Assembly (NCBI GenBank): GCA_051251855.1
Contig: JBPOGI010000001.1
Coordinates: 672,001-736,000 of the forward strand
Direction: 5' to 3'
DNA: 64,000 nucleotides
Source: Roseibacillus sp.
GTDB lineage: Bacteria > Verrucomicrobiota > Verrucomicrobiia > Verrucomicrobiales > Akkermansiaceae
Both the position numbers and the translations under genes were made by a program. The notes beneath the pieces were generated by a model. It was not told the origin of the DNA. It did no database searches and saw only the letters and a list, made by a program, of their open reading frames with translations. Shown here piece by piece: positions 1-8,947 of the stretch; the stretch's first letter is position 1; the number at the start of each line of letters is the position of its first letter.

Positions 1-117
1 GGTGAGAACCGCGAGAATGAGAAGGCGGAGCGGTTGGAAAAGGTGGAGACGCTTCCAGACGAATCCGAGCACAAGGAGTGCAGGGAAAAGGATGAGAAAT
101 TCTGGGCGTTCGAACAT
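1..117 (-). CDS. 5' end of a membrane protein, BatA-like N-terminus (possibly a vWA-domain protein); runs off the window
   Basis: Manual translation MFERPEFLILFPALLVLGFVWKRLHLFQPLRLLILAVLT; F-x-x-P-x-x-L hydrophobic N-terminus typical of BatA-type membrane anchors. Confidence 0.5.
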   Translation of the reverse strand, partial: MFERPEFLILFPALLVLGFVWKRLHLFQPLRLLILAVLT

Positions 118-157
118 CTGATGGGGTTATTCGTTATCAGTTATTTGTGATTGGGGG

Positions 158-604
158 TTATAGAATGGTGGTGATTTCGGTTTTGACGGAGTTGGCGAGG
201 AAGCACTCTTCGTGAGCCTTGTGGTGGAGTTCGGCGAGCTTTTCGGGAGAAACTTCGATGCCGTCGGCGAAGGTGGTTTTTGGGTGGAGTTCGATGCGAG
301 CAAGGATGGGTTTGCCGCTTTCGCCTTTTTCTAGGAATCCGACCGCTTCGTCGGTGTAGGAGTCGAGGGTGAGCTTTTGGAGGGAGCAGAATGCGAGGAA
401 AGTGAGCATGTGGCAGCTAGAGAGAGAGGCGACGTAGGCTTGCTCGGGGTCGGGTAGGTCGGGGTTGCCGAGGTATTCGGCGGCAGCGGTGCAGGGGATA
501 GTCTGGCCGTTGCCGAAGTCGAGTTGATGGTCGCGGGGGTAGTCTTTGTAGGCGAAGGAAGCGTCGTTGCGGGACCAAGTGAGGTGGGTGGTGTGTTGTG
601 ACAT
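158..604 (-). CDS. OsmC/Ohr family peroxiredoxin-like protein
   Basis: DPEQAYVASLSSCHMLTFL and AHEECFLANSVKT, the two conserved Cys motifs of the OsmC family. Confidence 0.9.
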   Translation of the reverse strand: MSQHTTHLTWSRNDASFAYKDYPRDHQLDFGNGQTIPCTAAAEYLGNPDLPDPEQAYVASLSSCHMLTFLAFCSLQKLTLDSYTDEAVGFLEKGESGKPILARIELHPKTTFADGIEVSPEKLAELHHKAHEECFLANSVKTEITTIL

Positions 605-712
605 GGGGGGAGTGTGACGAGTAGAGAAAGCGAAAAAAGCAAATTCGACAGCTCGGGCGCCTGGAGGTTTGAGCTTTCTTCAGCGCACTAGGATGTCTAC
701 TTTCGATAGACT

Positions 713-1681
713 ATGAAGGAAGGTGGAGAGGCTTATAGTCCCTTGGGAGGGCGCATTTTTTTCATTCTCGTTGCCGCGATATTTGCCGGGGTTTGCTATT
801 CGCTCGTTATCGCGCTTCTATTGCCTGCGGAATATGTCAGCTCCGGTGAATTTCAGTTCATTGAGGCGGGTAATTCGAAATCAACTGTGGAAGTGCCGTT
901 AGAAGGGACAAAACTTTCGGTTCTTACATCCAAGGAGAATTTGCATGAAGTTGGGAGGGAGTTAGACTTGCCAGTGAAATGGGGGCGGACTCGGGAATCG
1001 GTGTTGGCGGCATTGTATGCCATGGTCGAGGTCGAGGCGGTTGAAGGAACCGATCTCGGAAAGGTCTCGGTGACTCATATTGATCGAGAGACTGCTCAAA
1101 TGGTCGCGATTGCCGTTCCTACGGCCTATGTGGAACGAAAAAGGAGACTTCGGGAGGGGAAATTGAATGATGAGATTTCATACTTGGTAGCTCACGCTCG
1201 GAACCGCGAAGCTGAAGTGCATGAAAGTCTCGGCCAGTTGCGCTCTGAGGCTAAGGCGCTTGGGTTCTCATCGAAGAAAATCGAAGAGATGATGGAGACT
1301 GGTATGTTTGTCCCCTCCGCTTTGATTGGCGAAGGTGAGGAGTTGGGAGCCGACGGGGAGGTCGCTCGATTTCAAGAATTGAAGACGGAGTATGAAGCGT
1401 GTTCGGAGCGACTCGCCGTGAATCGCGCTCTCATCGAGGAGAAAGAGCGCGAGTTGGCTGAAATCCCAATACAACTGGTTTTTCATTTAGTTCCTCATCT
1501 GCCTGCTGGTCCCCAAGGCCGGTTTGAGCTTAAGCCAATCTTGATTGGGGGAGCTTGGGGTCTTGGCTGGGGTGTGTTGGGGTCGGTAATTTTCTTCGTA
1601 ATCTCTCGTGATGTGAGAGTGGGGCCGGACAGACAGCGAGATGGGGCTGTCGACCTTCAGCTGAATTCTGATGTTTGGTAG
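713..1681 (+). CDS. Wzz/GumC-like membrane protein (two TM helices flanking a coiled coil)
   Basis: N-terminal TM followed by P-x-x-Y-x-S, central coiled coil, Pro-rich segment then Gly-rich C-terminal TM. Confidence 0.55.
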   Translation: MKEGGEAYSPLGGRIFFILVAAIFAGVCYSLVIALLLPAEYVSSGEFQFIEAGNSKSTVEVPLEGTKLSVLTSKENLHEVGRELDLPVKWGRTRESVLAALYAMVEVEAVEGTDLGKVSVTHIDRETAQMVAIAVPTAYVERKRRLREGKLNDEISYLVAHARNREAEVHESLGQLRSEAKALGFSSKKIEEMMETGMFVPSALIGEGEELGADGEVARFQELKTEYEACSERLAVNRALIEEKERELAEIPIQLVFHLVPHLPAGPQGRFELKPILIGGAWGLGWGVLGSVIFFVISRDVRVGPDRQRDGAVDLQLNSDVW

Positions 1682-1758
1682 GGAAAAAATGACGTCCCTT
1701 CGGTTGACAGTCGGGCCGAGCTTTCTATCTTTCGCCCTTTTACGAAAGACCACTGATT

Positions 1759-3597
1759 ATGAGCGACGTTCAACAACATGAGTTTCAGGCCGAGGTGCGG
1801 CAGCTATTGGATATTGTCATCCATTCCCTTTACACCGACCGGGAGATTTTTGTGCGAGAGCTGATTTCCAATGCTTCCGATGCGCTGGAGAAGATGCGGT
1901 TGCAGCAGCTGAAAGGGGATTCCATCTTTGAGGGTGAGCTTCCTTTGGAGATTACCATCTCGACGGATGAGGAGGCGAAGACGCTGACGATTTCGGACTA
2001 CGGAATTGGGATGACTCGTGAGGAGTTGGTCGAGAATATCGGCACTATCGCGAGCTCGGGGACGAAGAAGTTCTTAGACGCGCTGAAGGAGAATGGGGAC
2101 AAGGCGGATGTCATTGGTCAGTTCGGGGTTGGTTTTTATAGCGCCTTCATGGTGGCTGATAAGGTGGAGGTCTTTACCCATTCTTGGCTGGAAGATGGCG
2201 AGCATTTGCGGTGGGAAAGTGACGGTGCGACGGGATACTCGATTGAAGAGAGCCCGGACCAGAAGCGGGGAGCGAAGGTGGTGATTCACCTCAAGGAGGA
2301 GTTTGAGGAGTTTGCGAAGCCGGATACGGTGAAGGGAATTATCGAGCGTTATTCGAACTTCGTGGGTTTCCCTGTGAAGCTGAATGATGAGGTGGTGAAT
2401 ACGGTGGATGCCATTTGGTTGAAGTCGAAGAGCGAGGTGAGCGAAGAGGACTACAAGGAGTTCTACAAATTCGTTGCCAAGGACTATCAGGACCCTCGCT
2501 ACACCTTCCACTTTTCGGCGGATGCACCGTTGATGATCAATTCGATTCTCTTTGTCCCAGACGATAATATGGAGCGGATGGGAATGGGGCAGACGCCTCC
2601 GGGAGTGAGTCTTTATTGCAAGAAGGTGCTCATCGATGCCGCGCCTGAGAACTTGTTGCCTGAGTGGCTGCGGTTCTTGAAAGGGGTGATTGATTCAGAG
2701 GATTTGCCGCTGAATATTTCGCGGGAGTCGATGCAGGACAGCGCCTTGGTGCGCAAGTTGGGTGAGGTGATGACGAAGCGTTTTCTCAAGTTTCTTGAGA
2801 AGGAAGCGAAGTCGGATCCGGAGAAGTATCAGGAGTTTTACACGCGCTATGCTCGTTTCTTGAAAGAGGGAGTGGTGCAGAGTTACGAGCACCAGCAGAC
2901 GATTGCTGGCTTGTTGCGGTTTGAGAGTTCGATGACGGAGACTGGGAAGCAGACTTGTTTTCAGGAGTATGTCGATCGCATGAAGGAGGGGCAGGAGGAG
3001 ATTTACTTCTTGGTTGCTCCGAATCGGGAGGCGATTGAGACGGGGCCTTATTTGGAGGCGTTCAAGAAGCGTGGGTTGGAAGTCTGCTTCTTAACGGAGT
3101 CGGTTGATGAATATGTCTTGGAGACGCTGGGCAAGTGGGGTGAGAAGAAGATTGTTTCGGCGGACCGCGCTGAAATTGATTTGGAGGATGTCGCTGATGA
3201 CGAAGGAGAGTCCCTTGATGAGGAGGCGACCAAAGGACTCGTTGATTGGATGACCGCGACTCTCGGCGATAAGGTTGAGAAGGTGGCCGCTGGTAAGCGT
3301 TTGGTGAGTCACGCCATGGTTGCTCTGACACCAAAGGATGCGCCTAATGCGCAAATGCGGGCGATGCTGAAATCGATGGGCAGCGATGCGCCGGAGATGA
3401 AGGCGAGTATCGAAGTGAATGCGAAGCACAGTTTGATTAAGAAGCTGGCTTCCTTCCGTGAGGCTAAGCCTGAGTTGGCTGAAAAAGTCGCGAAGCAGTT
3501 GGCTGATAATGCTCTTTTGGCGGCTGGATTGGTCGATAACCCAGGCAAAGTAGTGAGCGGGATGGGTGAGGTGATGGAAGAGCTGATGGAAGGGTAG
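1759..3597 (+). CDS. htpG: Molecular chaperone HtpG (Hsp90)
   Basis: FQAEVRQLLDIVIHSLY, RELISNASDALEK, IGQFGVGFYSAF, DLPLNISRE. Confidence 0.98.
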   Translation: MSDVQQHEFQAEVRQLLDIVIHSLYTDREIFVRELISNASDALEKMRLQQLKGDSIFEGELPLEITISTDEEAKTLTISDYGIGMTREELVENIGTIASSGTKKFLDALKENGDKADVIGQFGVGFYSAFMVADKVEVFTHSWLEDGEHLRWESDGATGYSIEESPDQKRGAKVVIHLKEEFEEFAKPDTVKGIIERYSNFVGFPVKLNDEVVNTVDAIWLKSKSEVSEEDYKEFYKFVAKDYQDPRYTFHFSADAPLMINSILFVPDDNMERMGMGQTPPGVSLYCKKVLIDAAPENLLPEWLRFLKGVIDSEDLPLNISRESMQDSALVRKLGEVMTKRFLKFLEKEAKSDPEKYQEFYTRYARFLKEGVVQSYEHQQTIAGLLRFESSMTETGKQTCFQEYVDRMKEGQEEIYFLVAPNREAIETGPYLEAFKKRGLEVCFLTESVDEYVLETLGKWGEKKIVSADRAEIDLEDVADDEGESLDEEATKGLVDWMTATLGDKVEKVAAGKRLVSHAMVALTPKDAPNAQMRAMLKSMGSDAPEMKASIEVNAKHSLIKKLASFREAKPELAEKVAKQLADNALLAAGLVDNPGKVVSGMGEVMEELMEG

Positions 3598-3674
3598 TTC
3601 CTGTGCAGCGCAGCTCGGTGGGCTGAGTGAGTTGAGAGGGGGTGGAGCGAGTGAGGGCACTCGCGGTCCACGCG

Positions 3675-4286
3675 CTACTTTGGAAGAACCTGCGATGGAA
3701 TCGAGGTGGCGTCGAAGTGTTGGCGTTTGTTTTTCTTGAACCACTTGATGGCGACGGGGACCATGAAGGCGATGATAATCAGTTTGGCGATGGCAACCGG
3801 TGGAGCGCTGAATGCGAAAAAGACGAGAAGGGCGAGTAGTCCTCCAAAGACGATGAGCAACATGAAGAGGTAGCTCCACCAGAGTGTATTCGAGCAACCG
3901 GTAACCTGCTGGCAGGAAGGAGCATGATAGCCTACTTCGCGAACCAGATGGTGGATGAAAGTTCGGTATTTTTCTGATTGGTCACGGAAATCGGCGAGGC
4001 CTTGATAGAACTCGTTGCCGATCTTAATGGTTCGACCTGTTTTGGTCTTGAGCAAGCATTCGTAGCGATGGGGCTGCATGCGGGTGGGTTGAAAGCGGAG
4101 GCGGAGTTCAACAAAGTCGAAAAGGGGGAAGGTCTGCTTTTGTCTGCCTTCCTCTTCGATGATGGAAAATTGGCCGGCCCGGATACGGTAAGTGCGTTCT
4201 TTCTCTAAGGCGCTCAGGCGGGCATGGTAAATGAGCCCCTTGGGAAGATCAGGTGGTCCAGCTTCAATCGGCATCTCCCATTCCAT
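3675..4286 (-). CDS. Hypothetical membrane protein (two C-terminal TM helices)
   Basis: 203-aa ORF filling the gap; hydrophobic hairpin near the C-terminus. Confidence 0.7.
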   Translation of the reverse strand: MEWEMPIEAGPPDLPKGLIYHARLSALEKERTYRIRAGQFSIIEEEGRQKQTFPLFDFVELRLRFQPTRMQPHRYECLLKTKTGRTIKIGNEFYQGLADFRDQSEKYRTFIHHLVREVGYHAPSCQQVTGCSNTLWWSYLFMLLIVFGGLLALLVFFAFSAPPVAIAKLIIIAFMVPVAIKWFKKNKRQHFDATSIPSQVLPK

Positions 4287-4347
4287 AGCGCTAGTTTGGC
4301 GAAAGGGAGCAGAAAGGGGAAGGAAATTGGTGCTCGTCGTTGGCTCG

Positions 4348-5151
4348 TCAGTCCTTCTCCTTGAAGAGTGGGAAGGTGGCTTTTGGATTGAGCTTGGTAG
4401 GAGGTGAGAGCTTGATGCGCGCGTCTTCGGCGAGGGTGAAGGGCTTGTCTAAGAGCGGGATAGTGGTGAGGCGACTGACGGGCTCGTCGGCGGTGCCGCC
4501 ACGTGCGATGTGGATAATGATGAGACCGTTACGAGCGCGATCGATTTCGAAAGTGTTGTCGGCGGTGATTTCGGTGTTGGCTGGGATCTTGGTTCCTGCG
4601 GCAGTGGGGAGAATGATTTCAAGTTCGACGGGAAAGGGGAGTAGTTCGGGGTTCGTGGAGTTCTCTTGTTCGGTCGGAATGGCAAGAGCTTGTGCGAGAA
4701 CTGCGAAGCCTTGAGTAACAAAGTCGTTGTCGTTGAGTTCACGAACGGAAAGAATACGCCATGTACCTCGAACATAGTTCAAGTTCATGGGCTTCTTGAA
4801 GTTGGTGATGTAGTTGCGCTTGAGTTGGAGGTTGAGAGTTTGGAGGGTGGTTGGGTCGAGGAGCTTGGGCAGGGCTCCGCTGCTGGTTTGACGCTGATAA
4901 ATCATTCCGTAAAGTTGCTCGGGGAGGAGAGTGGTCGCCTTGGGTAGGTTGCTTCCTTCCAGAAAGGTGATCTCAGGAATTCGCCCGAGTTTTTGAAGGA
5001 GCGAGTAGTTCCAAGGCTTTTCAGGGAAATTGAAGATGAAGTAGCATCCAACCCAAGAAAGAACGGCGAACGCGAGCGCGAGGGCATTGATCAGTGTCCA
5101 CCAAAAGAAATTGGGGCGTCGTTTGACGGGGCTATCAGATTGATGGGACAC
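4348..5151 (-). CDS. Hypothetical protein with N-terminal TM anchor
   Basis: 267-aa ORF; FFWWTLINALALAFAVLSWVGCYFIF hydrophobic segment; start is a non-ATG codon. Confidence 0.7.
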   Translation of the reverse strand: MSHQSDSPVKRRPNFFWWTLINALALAFAVLSWVGCYFIFNFPEKPWNYSLLQKLGRIPEITFLEGSNLPKATTLLPEQLYGMIYQRQTSSGALPKLLDPTTLQTLNLQLKRNYITNFKKPMNLNYVRGTWRILSVRELNDNDFVTQGFAVLAQALAIPTEQENSTNPELLPFPVELEIILPTAAGTKIPANTEITADNTFEIDRARNGLIIIHIARGGTADEPVSRLTTIPLLDKPFTLAEDARIKLSPPTKLNPKATFPLFKEKD

Positions 5152-5219
5152 GACGGAAAGCTAGCGAGTGCGACGCGCTGGGGAAATGAGGGAGTCTGTC
5201 GGTTTTTTACTGAGGTGCT

Positions 5220-6653
5220 TCAGGCTTTGCCGCGGACTTGGTCGAGATGCTTCTTGAAAATGGCGAGGGTCCGGTTGCGCTCGGTGGAGTGATCAAGAAT
5301 GGGCTGGGGATAGCTTTTTCCGTGGCCACTGGTGAGGTCGGGAGCTTCGTGAAGGGCCTTGGGCGCGACGTTTTCGAGCTCGGGAATCCATTTTTTGATG
5401 TAGTCACCTTGGGCATCGAAGCGCTTGGACTGAGTCCAAGGGTTCTGGATGCGAAAGTAGGGTGCGGCGTCTGCGCCTGTGCCAGCAGACCACTGCCAGC
5501 CACCGTTGTTGGAGGCGATTTCACCATCAAGGAGGTGTTGCGCGAAGTGTTGCTCGCCGAGCCGCCAGTCAAGATGCAGGTCTTTGGTGAGAAACATGGC
5601 AACGATCATGCGGACGCGATTGTGCATGAATCCAGTGGTCTTGAGCTCGCGCATGCCGGCGTCGACGATAGGGAAGCCAGTCTGGCCTTCTTTCCAAGCT
5701 TGTAGTTTTTCGTCGGGCTCGTCCCAAGGGAGGCCTCGGTAGTCGGCTTTGAACTCGTGCTCTAACACCTCGGGGCAGGCCTGGAAGAGGTGGAGGTAGA
5801 AGTCGCGCCAGGCGAGTTCTTTGATGAAGGTGTGGTAGCTCTCGCGAACGCTGGGGTCGCGGGTATTTTCAAGAGCCTTGTTGGCTTCGGCGAAGGCTGT
5901 TCTGATAGAGAGGGTTCCCCAGCGGAGGTCTTGGGAGAGGCGGGAAGTGGCTGGGACGGAGGGGTGGTCGCGGTTTTGAGCGTAGGTCGGGAGCCGGTTT
6001 TTGATAGCTTCCTTGAGACGCTTGCGGGCGGCGGCTTCACTCCCTGGCAGGAGGTCGAGAGTTGAGGGGAGATTGAGCTGCCAGGTGTCGAGAGAGGGTA
6101 AGGGGGCAGAGTCGAACTCGGAGGGGGTGCTGAGTGACTTGGGTTTGAGTTTAGGGGCGCGTTTTTCGAGTTTAAGCCACCGTTTGCTATAGGGGGTGTA
6201 TACCCGATAGGCCGTTCCATCGTCCTTGGTGGTTTGATCAAAGGTATGCAGGGCCACATCATCGTGACCGATGCATTCCACACCCTCTCGCGAGCAGAGT
6301 TCCGTGAGACGTTGTTCGTCCTTCTTGCCGAAAGGATCGGGGTCTCGATTGTAGTGCACGGCAGAAATTTTGCCGTGAGCAAGCATCTTGGCGATTACTC
6401 GAACGGGGTCACCCTGTTGGATGATGAGTTTGCCGCCCAGTTCTTGAATGTTTTTCGAGAGAGACTCCAAGCACTCGCAGAGAAACTGTTGGCGACCGGG
6501 GCCCGTCCAGTGGTGCTCTTTTTTCCAGTCACTCAGGACATACAAAGGGACTACCTTGAGGCCTGAACGTGAGGCAGCTGACAACGAAGTGTTATCGGAG
6601 ACACGGAGATCACGACGAAACCAATGAATCACCGAGGGATTTGGAGTGGGCAT
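5220..6653 (-). CDS. phrB: Deoxyribodipyrimidine photolyase (class I CPD photolyase-like)
   Basis: WFRRDLRVSDN, TSRLS, ELAWRDFY, GQTGFPIVDAGMREL, GFMHNRVRM, NNGGWQW. Confidence 0.93.
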   Translation of the reverse strand: MPTPNPSVIHWFRRDLRVSDNTSLSAASRSGLKVVPLYVLSDWKKEHHWTGPGRQQFLCECLESLSKNIQELGGKLIIQQGDPVRVIAKMLAHGKISAVHYNRDPDPFGKKDEQRLTELCSREGVECIGHDDVALHTFDQTTKDDGTAYRVYTPYSKRWLKLEKRAPKLKPKSLSTPSEFDSAPLPSLDTWQLNLPSTLDLLPGSEAAARKRLKEAIKNRLPTYAQNRDHPSVPATSRLSQDLRWGTLSIRTAFAEANKALENTRDPSVRESYHTFIKELAWRDFYLHLFQACPEVLEHEFKADYRGLPWDEPDEKLQAWKEGQTGFPIVDAGMRELKTTGFMHNRVRMIVAMFLTKDLHLDWRLGEQHFAQHLLDGEIASNNGGWQWSAGTGADAAPYFRIQNPWTQSKRFDAQGDYIKKWIPELENVAPKALHEAPDLTSGHGKSYPQPILDHSTERNRTLAIFKKHLDQVRGKA

Positions 6654-6660
6654 TGCCCAA

Positions 6661-6921
6661 TCAACTCTCTTTCAGCAATTTTTCAGCCTTTTTAATGGTT
6701 GTTTGGCTCAATTTCCCATTCACCTTGCGCGATTTGTCGAGGAGCTCTTTGAGGGCTTCCAAACTCGCTTCGGCTCCTTTGAGAGACTTGCGGGGTCCTC
6801 CGTAACGCTTGTCGGAGTAATACTTTGTGAAGGTTTTTCCTCCTCGGCTAATACAGAGACGCCAGCCTTCAAAGGCGGCGGTCTCGTAGGTAAATCTAGT
6901 TAGGTTAGGCTTGGATTTCAT
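6661..6921 (-). CDS. Small basic protein, AP2-like DNA-binding domain
   Basis: GWRLCISRGGKTFTKYYSDKRYGG...A pattern resembles AP2 domains (W-x-x-x-I...K-x-F/Y-S-x-K-x-YG followed by a helix); ends 7 bp before the photolyase start. Confidence 0.6.
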   Translation of the reverse strand: MKSKPNLTRFTYETAAFEGWRLCISRGGKTFTKYYSDKRYGGPRKSLKGAEASLEALKELLDKSRKVNGKLSQTTIKKAEKLLKES

Positions 6922-7052
6922 GACAAAAGAGGGAGGTGTTCAGTAAGAGAGCCAGAAGGCTAGAGGAAGATTTACGAAGTGAAAAGCAGGAAGGTGACAA
7001 AGTTGTCAAAAATTTGTTGCAAATCTCTTCGAGGTGCTGTTGCTTCCCGGCC

Positions 7053-7125
7053 GCGAGTTATTGAATCGCCGTTGGTCCTTCGTCGTCTGCTGGTGCAGGC
7101 GCTACTCGCTGAAGGGAAACCCGGC
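7053..7125 (+). promoter_or_regulatory. Candidate structured 5' leader of rpoA-rplQ
   Basis: Nested stems 7076-7082/7110-7116 and 7084-7090/7095-7101; additional pairing GCGAGT 7053-7058 with ACTCGC 7104-7109. Confidence 0.4.
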
Positions 7126-7139
7126 AAACCTAAAACTAT

Positions 7140-8261
7140 ATGTCTGAAGAAGTCGTAGAGGACGTCCAAGAAGAAAAGGATGGTCCCATTAAGTTGGACC
7201 GGTTCGAAGTTCCGAACCGGTTGATCAAAGACGAAGATACCGCAACTGATATTTATGGTCAGTTCGTGGCAGAACCCTTCGAGCGTGGCTTTGGTCACAC
7301 TGTCGGTAACTCCCTTCGTCGTGTGTTGCTTTCCTCCTTGGAAGGTGCCGCCATCACCTCCGTCCGTATTTCGGGCGTGCAGCATGAATTTTCAACCCTC
7401 GCTGGAGTTGTTGAGGATGTCACTGACATCATTCTCAATCTCAAGAAGGTTCGCTTCAAGCATCACGGAAAAGAGTCCCGTGTCCTTTCCATTAACGTAA
7501 ATAAGGAAGGTGCCGTAACTGCTGGTGACATCGAGGACGACAATATGTTTTCTGTGATCAACAAGAAGCATGTCATTTGTCACTTGGACCGCAAAGTAAA
7601 GTTCGAGTGTGAATTCGAAGTTTCTGTTGGTCGTGGATTCCGTATCGCGGATGACAATAAGCGTCCCGACGCGCCTATCGGCGTGATTGCAATTGATTCT
7701 ATTTTTAGCCCAGTGACTCGCGTGAAGTATTCCGTGGAGAACACTCGGGTCGGTCAGATTACTGACTTTGATAAGCTTATCCTCGACATCCATACTGATG
7801 GTCGGGTTGAGCCACATGATGCCCTTTTGCAGGCTTCTGGTATTCTTCGCCATCACCTCGATGTCTTCGTTAACTATGACGACGACGCGATTGAGTTCGA
7901 AGAAGCGCCAGCAGAGCAGAGTGAAGAGAATGCCGCTCTGAAGAAGCTCCTCAACATGAGCGTCAATGAGATCGAGCTTTCGGTCCGTGCCGCAAACTGC
8001 TTGAACAACGCTAACATCACTTCCGTGGGTCAACTCGCGATGAAGAGTGAGGCGGAGATGCTTAAGTATCGTAACTTCGGTAAGAAGTCCTTGAATGAAA
8101 TTAAGGACAAGCTTGTTGAACTCGGATTGGGACTTGGAATGAGCATTGATCCTTCTTTGCTTTCCGGACCAGTAACACAACTCCAAGCCCCACGTCTGGG
8201 TACGGATGAAGAAGCACCTGTTGGCCTTGCTGACTTGATTGCCCAGAACATTGACGATTGA
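7140..8261 (+). CDS. rpoA: DNA-directed RNA polymerase subunit alpha
   Basis: EPFERGFGHTVGNSLRRVLLSSLEG, ELSVRAANCL, NFGKKSLNEIK. Confidence 0.99.
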   Translation: MSEEVVEDVQEEKDGPIKLDRFEVPNRLIKDEDTATDIYGQFVAEPFERGFGHTVGNSLRRVLLSSLEGAAITSVRISGVQHEFSTLAGVVEDVTDIILNLKKVRFKHHGKESRVLSINVNKEGAVTAGDIEDDNMFSVINKKHVICHLDRKVKFECEFEVSVGRGFRIADDNKRPDAPIGVIAIDSIFSPVTRVKYSVENTRVGQITDFDKLILDIHTDGRVEPHDALLQASGILRHHLDVFVNYDDDAIEFEEAPAEQSEENAALKKLLNMSVNEIELSVRAANCLNNANITSVGQLAMKSEAEMLKYRNFGKKSLNEIKDKLVELGLGLGMSIDPSLLSGPVTQLQAPRLGTDEEAPVGLADLIAQNIDD

Positions 8262-8275
8262 TTTAAAACGAGTTC

Positions 8276-8668
8276 ATGAAACACCGTAGAAAAACTCCCA
8301 AACTGAAGCGCAACGCGGCCCAACGTAAGGCCCTGTTGTCCAATCAAGCCGCAGCCCTGATTACTCACGGACGCATTCGCACGACCCTTGCCAAAGCCAA
8401 AGCTCTTCGCCCCGTTGCGGAGAAGATGGTGACTCTTGGCAAGCGTGGCGACCTGCATGCCCGTCGTCAGGCGATTTCCTATCTTCGTCAAAAAGACGTG
8501 GTTTCTAAGCTCTTCGGCGAAATCGCTGAGGCTTGTGCCGAGCGTCCAGGTGGCTACTGCCGCATCACGAAGCTCGGTATGCGTGCTAGCGATGCAGCGC
8601 CCATGGCGTTCATCGAGTTCGTTGACCTCGAAATCACCGTTGGTGATGACGATGATGACGATGAGTAG
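8276..8668 (+). CDS. rplQ: 50S ribosomal protein L17
   Basis: RIRTTLAKAKALRPVAEKMVTLGK, RPGGYCRITKLG, DAAPMAFIE; directly follows rpoA. Confidence 0.98.
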   Translation: MKHRRKTPKLKRNAAQRKALLSNQAAALITHGRIRTTLAKAKALRPVAEKMVTLGKRGDLHARRQAISYLRQKDVVSKLFGEIAEACAERPGGYCRITKLGMRASDAAPMAFIEFVDLEITVGDDDDDDE

Positions 8669-8694
8669 AGCTTGAAGCAGCTAGATTAATTTTA

Positions 8695-8726
8695 GGCCGA
8701 ACCATGAAAGTGGTTCGGCTTTTTTT
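8695..8726 (+). terminator. Rho-independent terminator after rplQ
   Basis: GGCCGAACCAT-GAAA-GTGGTTCGGCT hairpin followed by a T-run. Confidence 0.9.
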
Positions 8727-8888
8727 GTCCTTTGGAAAGATGGACTGTTTCAATCACGCATATGAAATCGAAGGGGTTGGCTTCTCTAAACTCTGGGTTT
8801 ATCAACGCGTAGGATGTATGGTCTTCGATTTATTTGAGGGATGAGATGATACTCTTTACTCTAAATTTCACTATCTTTGGAAATGAAA

Positions 8889-8915
8889 CAGGCAGCCTTT
8901 GATTAAGGCTGCCTG
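8889..8915 (-). terminator. Terminator hairpin downstream of the small HTH gene
   Basis: CAGGCAGCCTT / AAGGCTGCCTG 11-bp stem; TTTCATTT follows on the minus strand. Confidence 0.75.
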
Positions 8916-8947
8916 CTCGCTAAAGTGTGTTGTTGTGAGTGAAGAGG

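Noticed and set aside
3091..3897. 268-aa minus-strand ORF
   Set aside because: Overlaps htpG antisense and the 3675-4286 gene out of frame; implausible composition
6937..6950. Verrucomicrobial LexA box (TGTTC-N4-GAACA) upstream of the AP2-like/photolyase genes
   Set aside because: Only the left half matches (TGTTC-AGTA-AGAGA)
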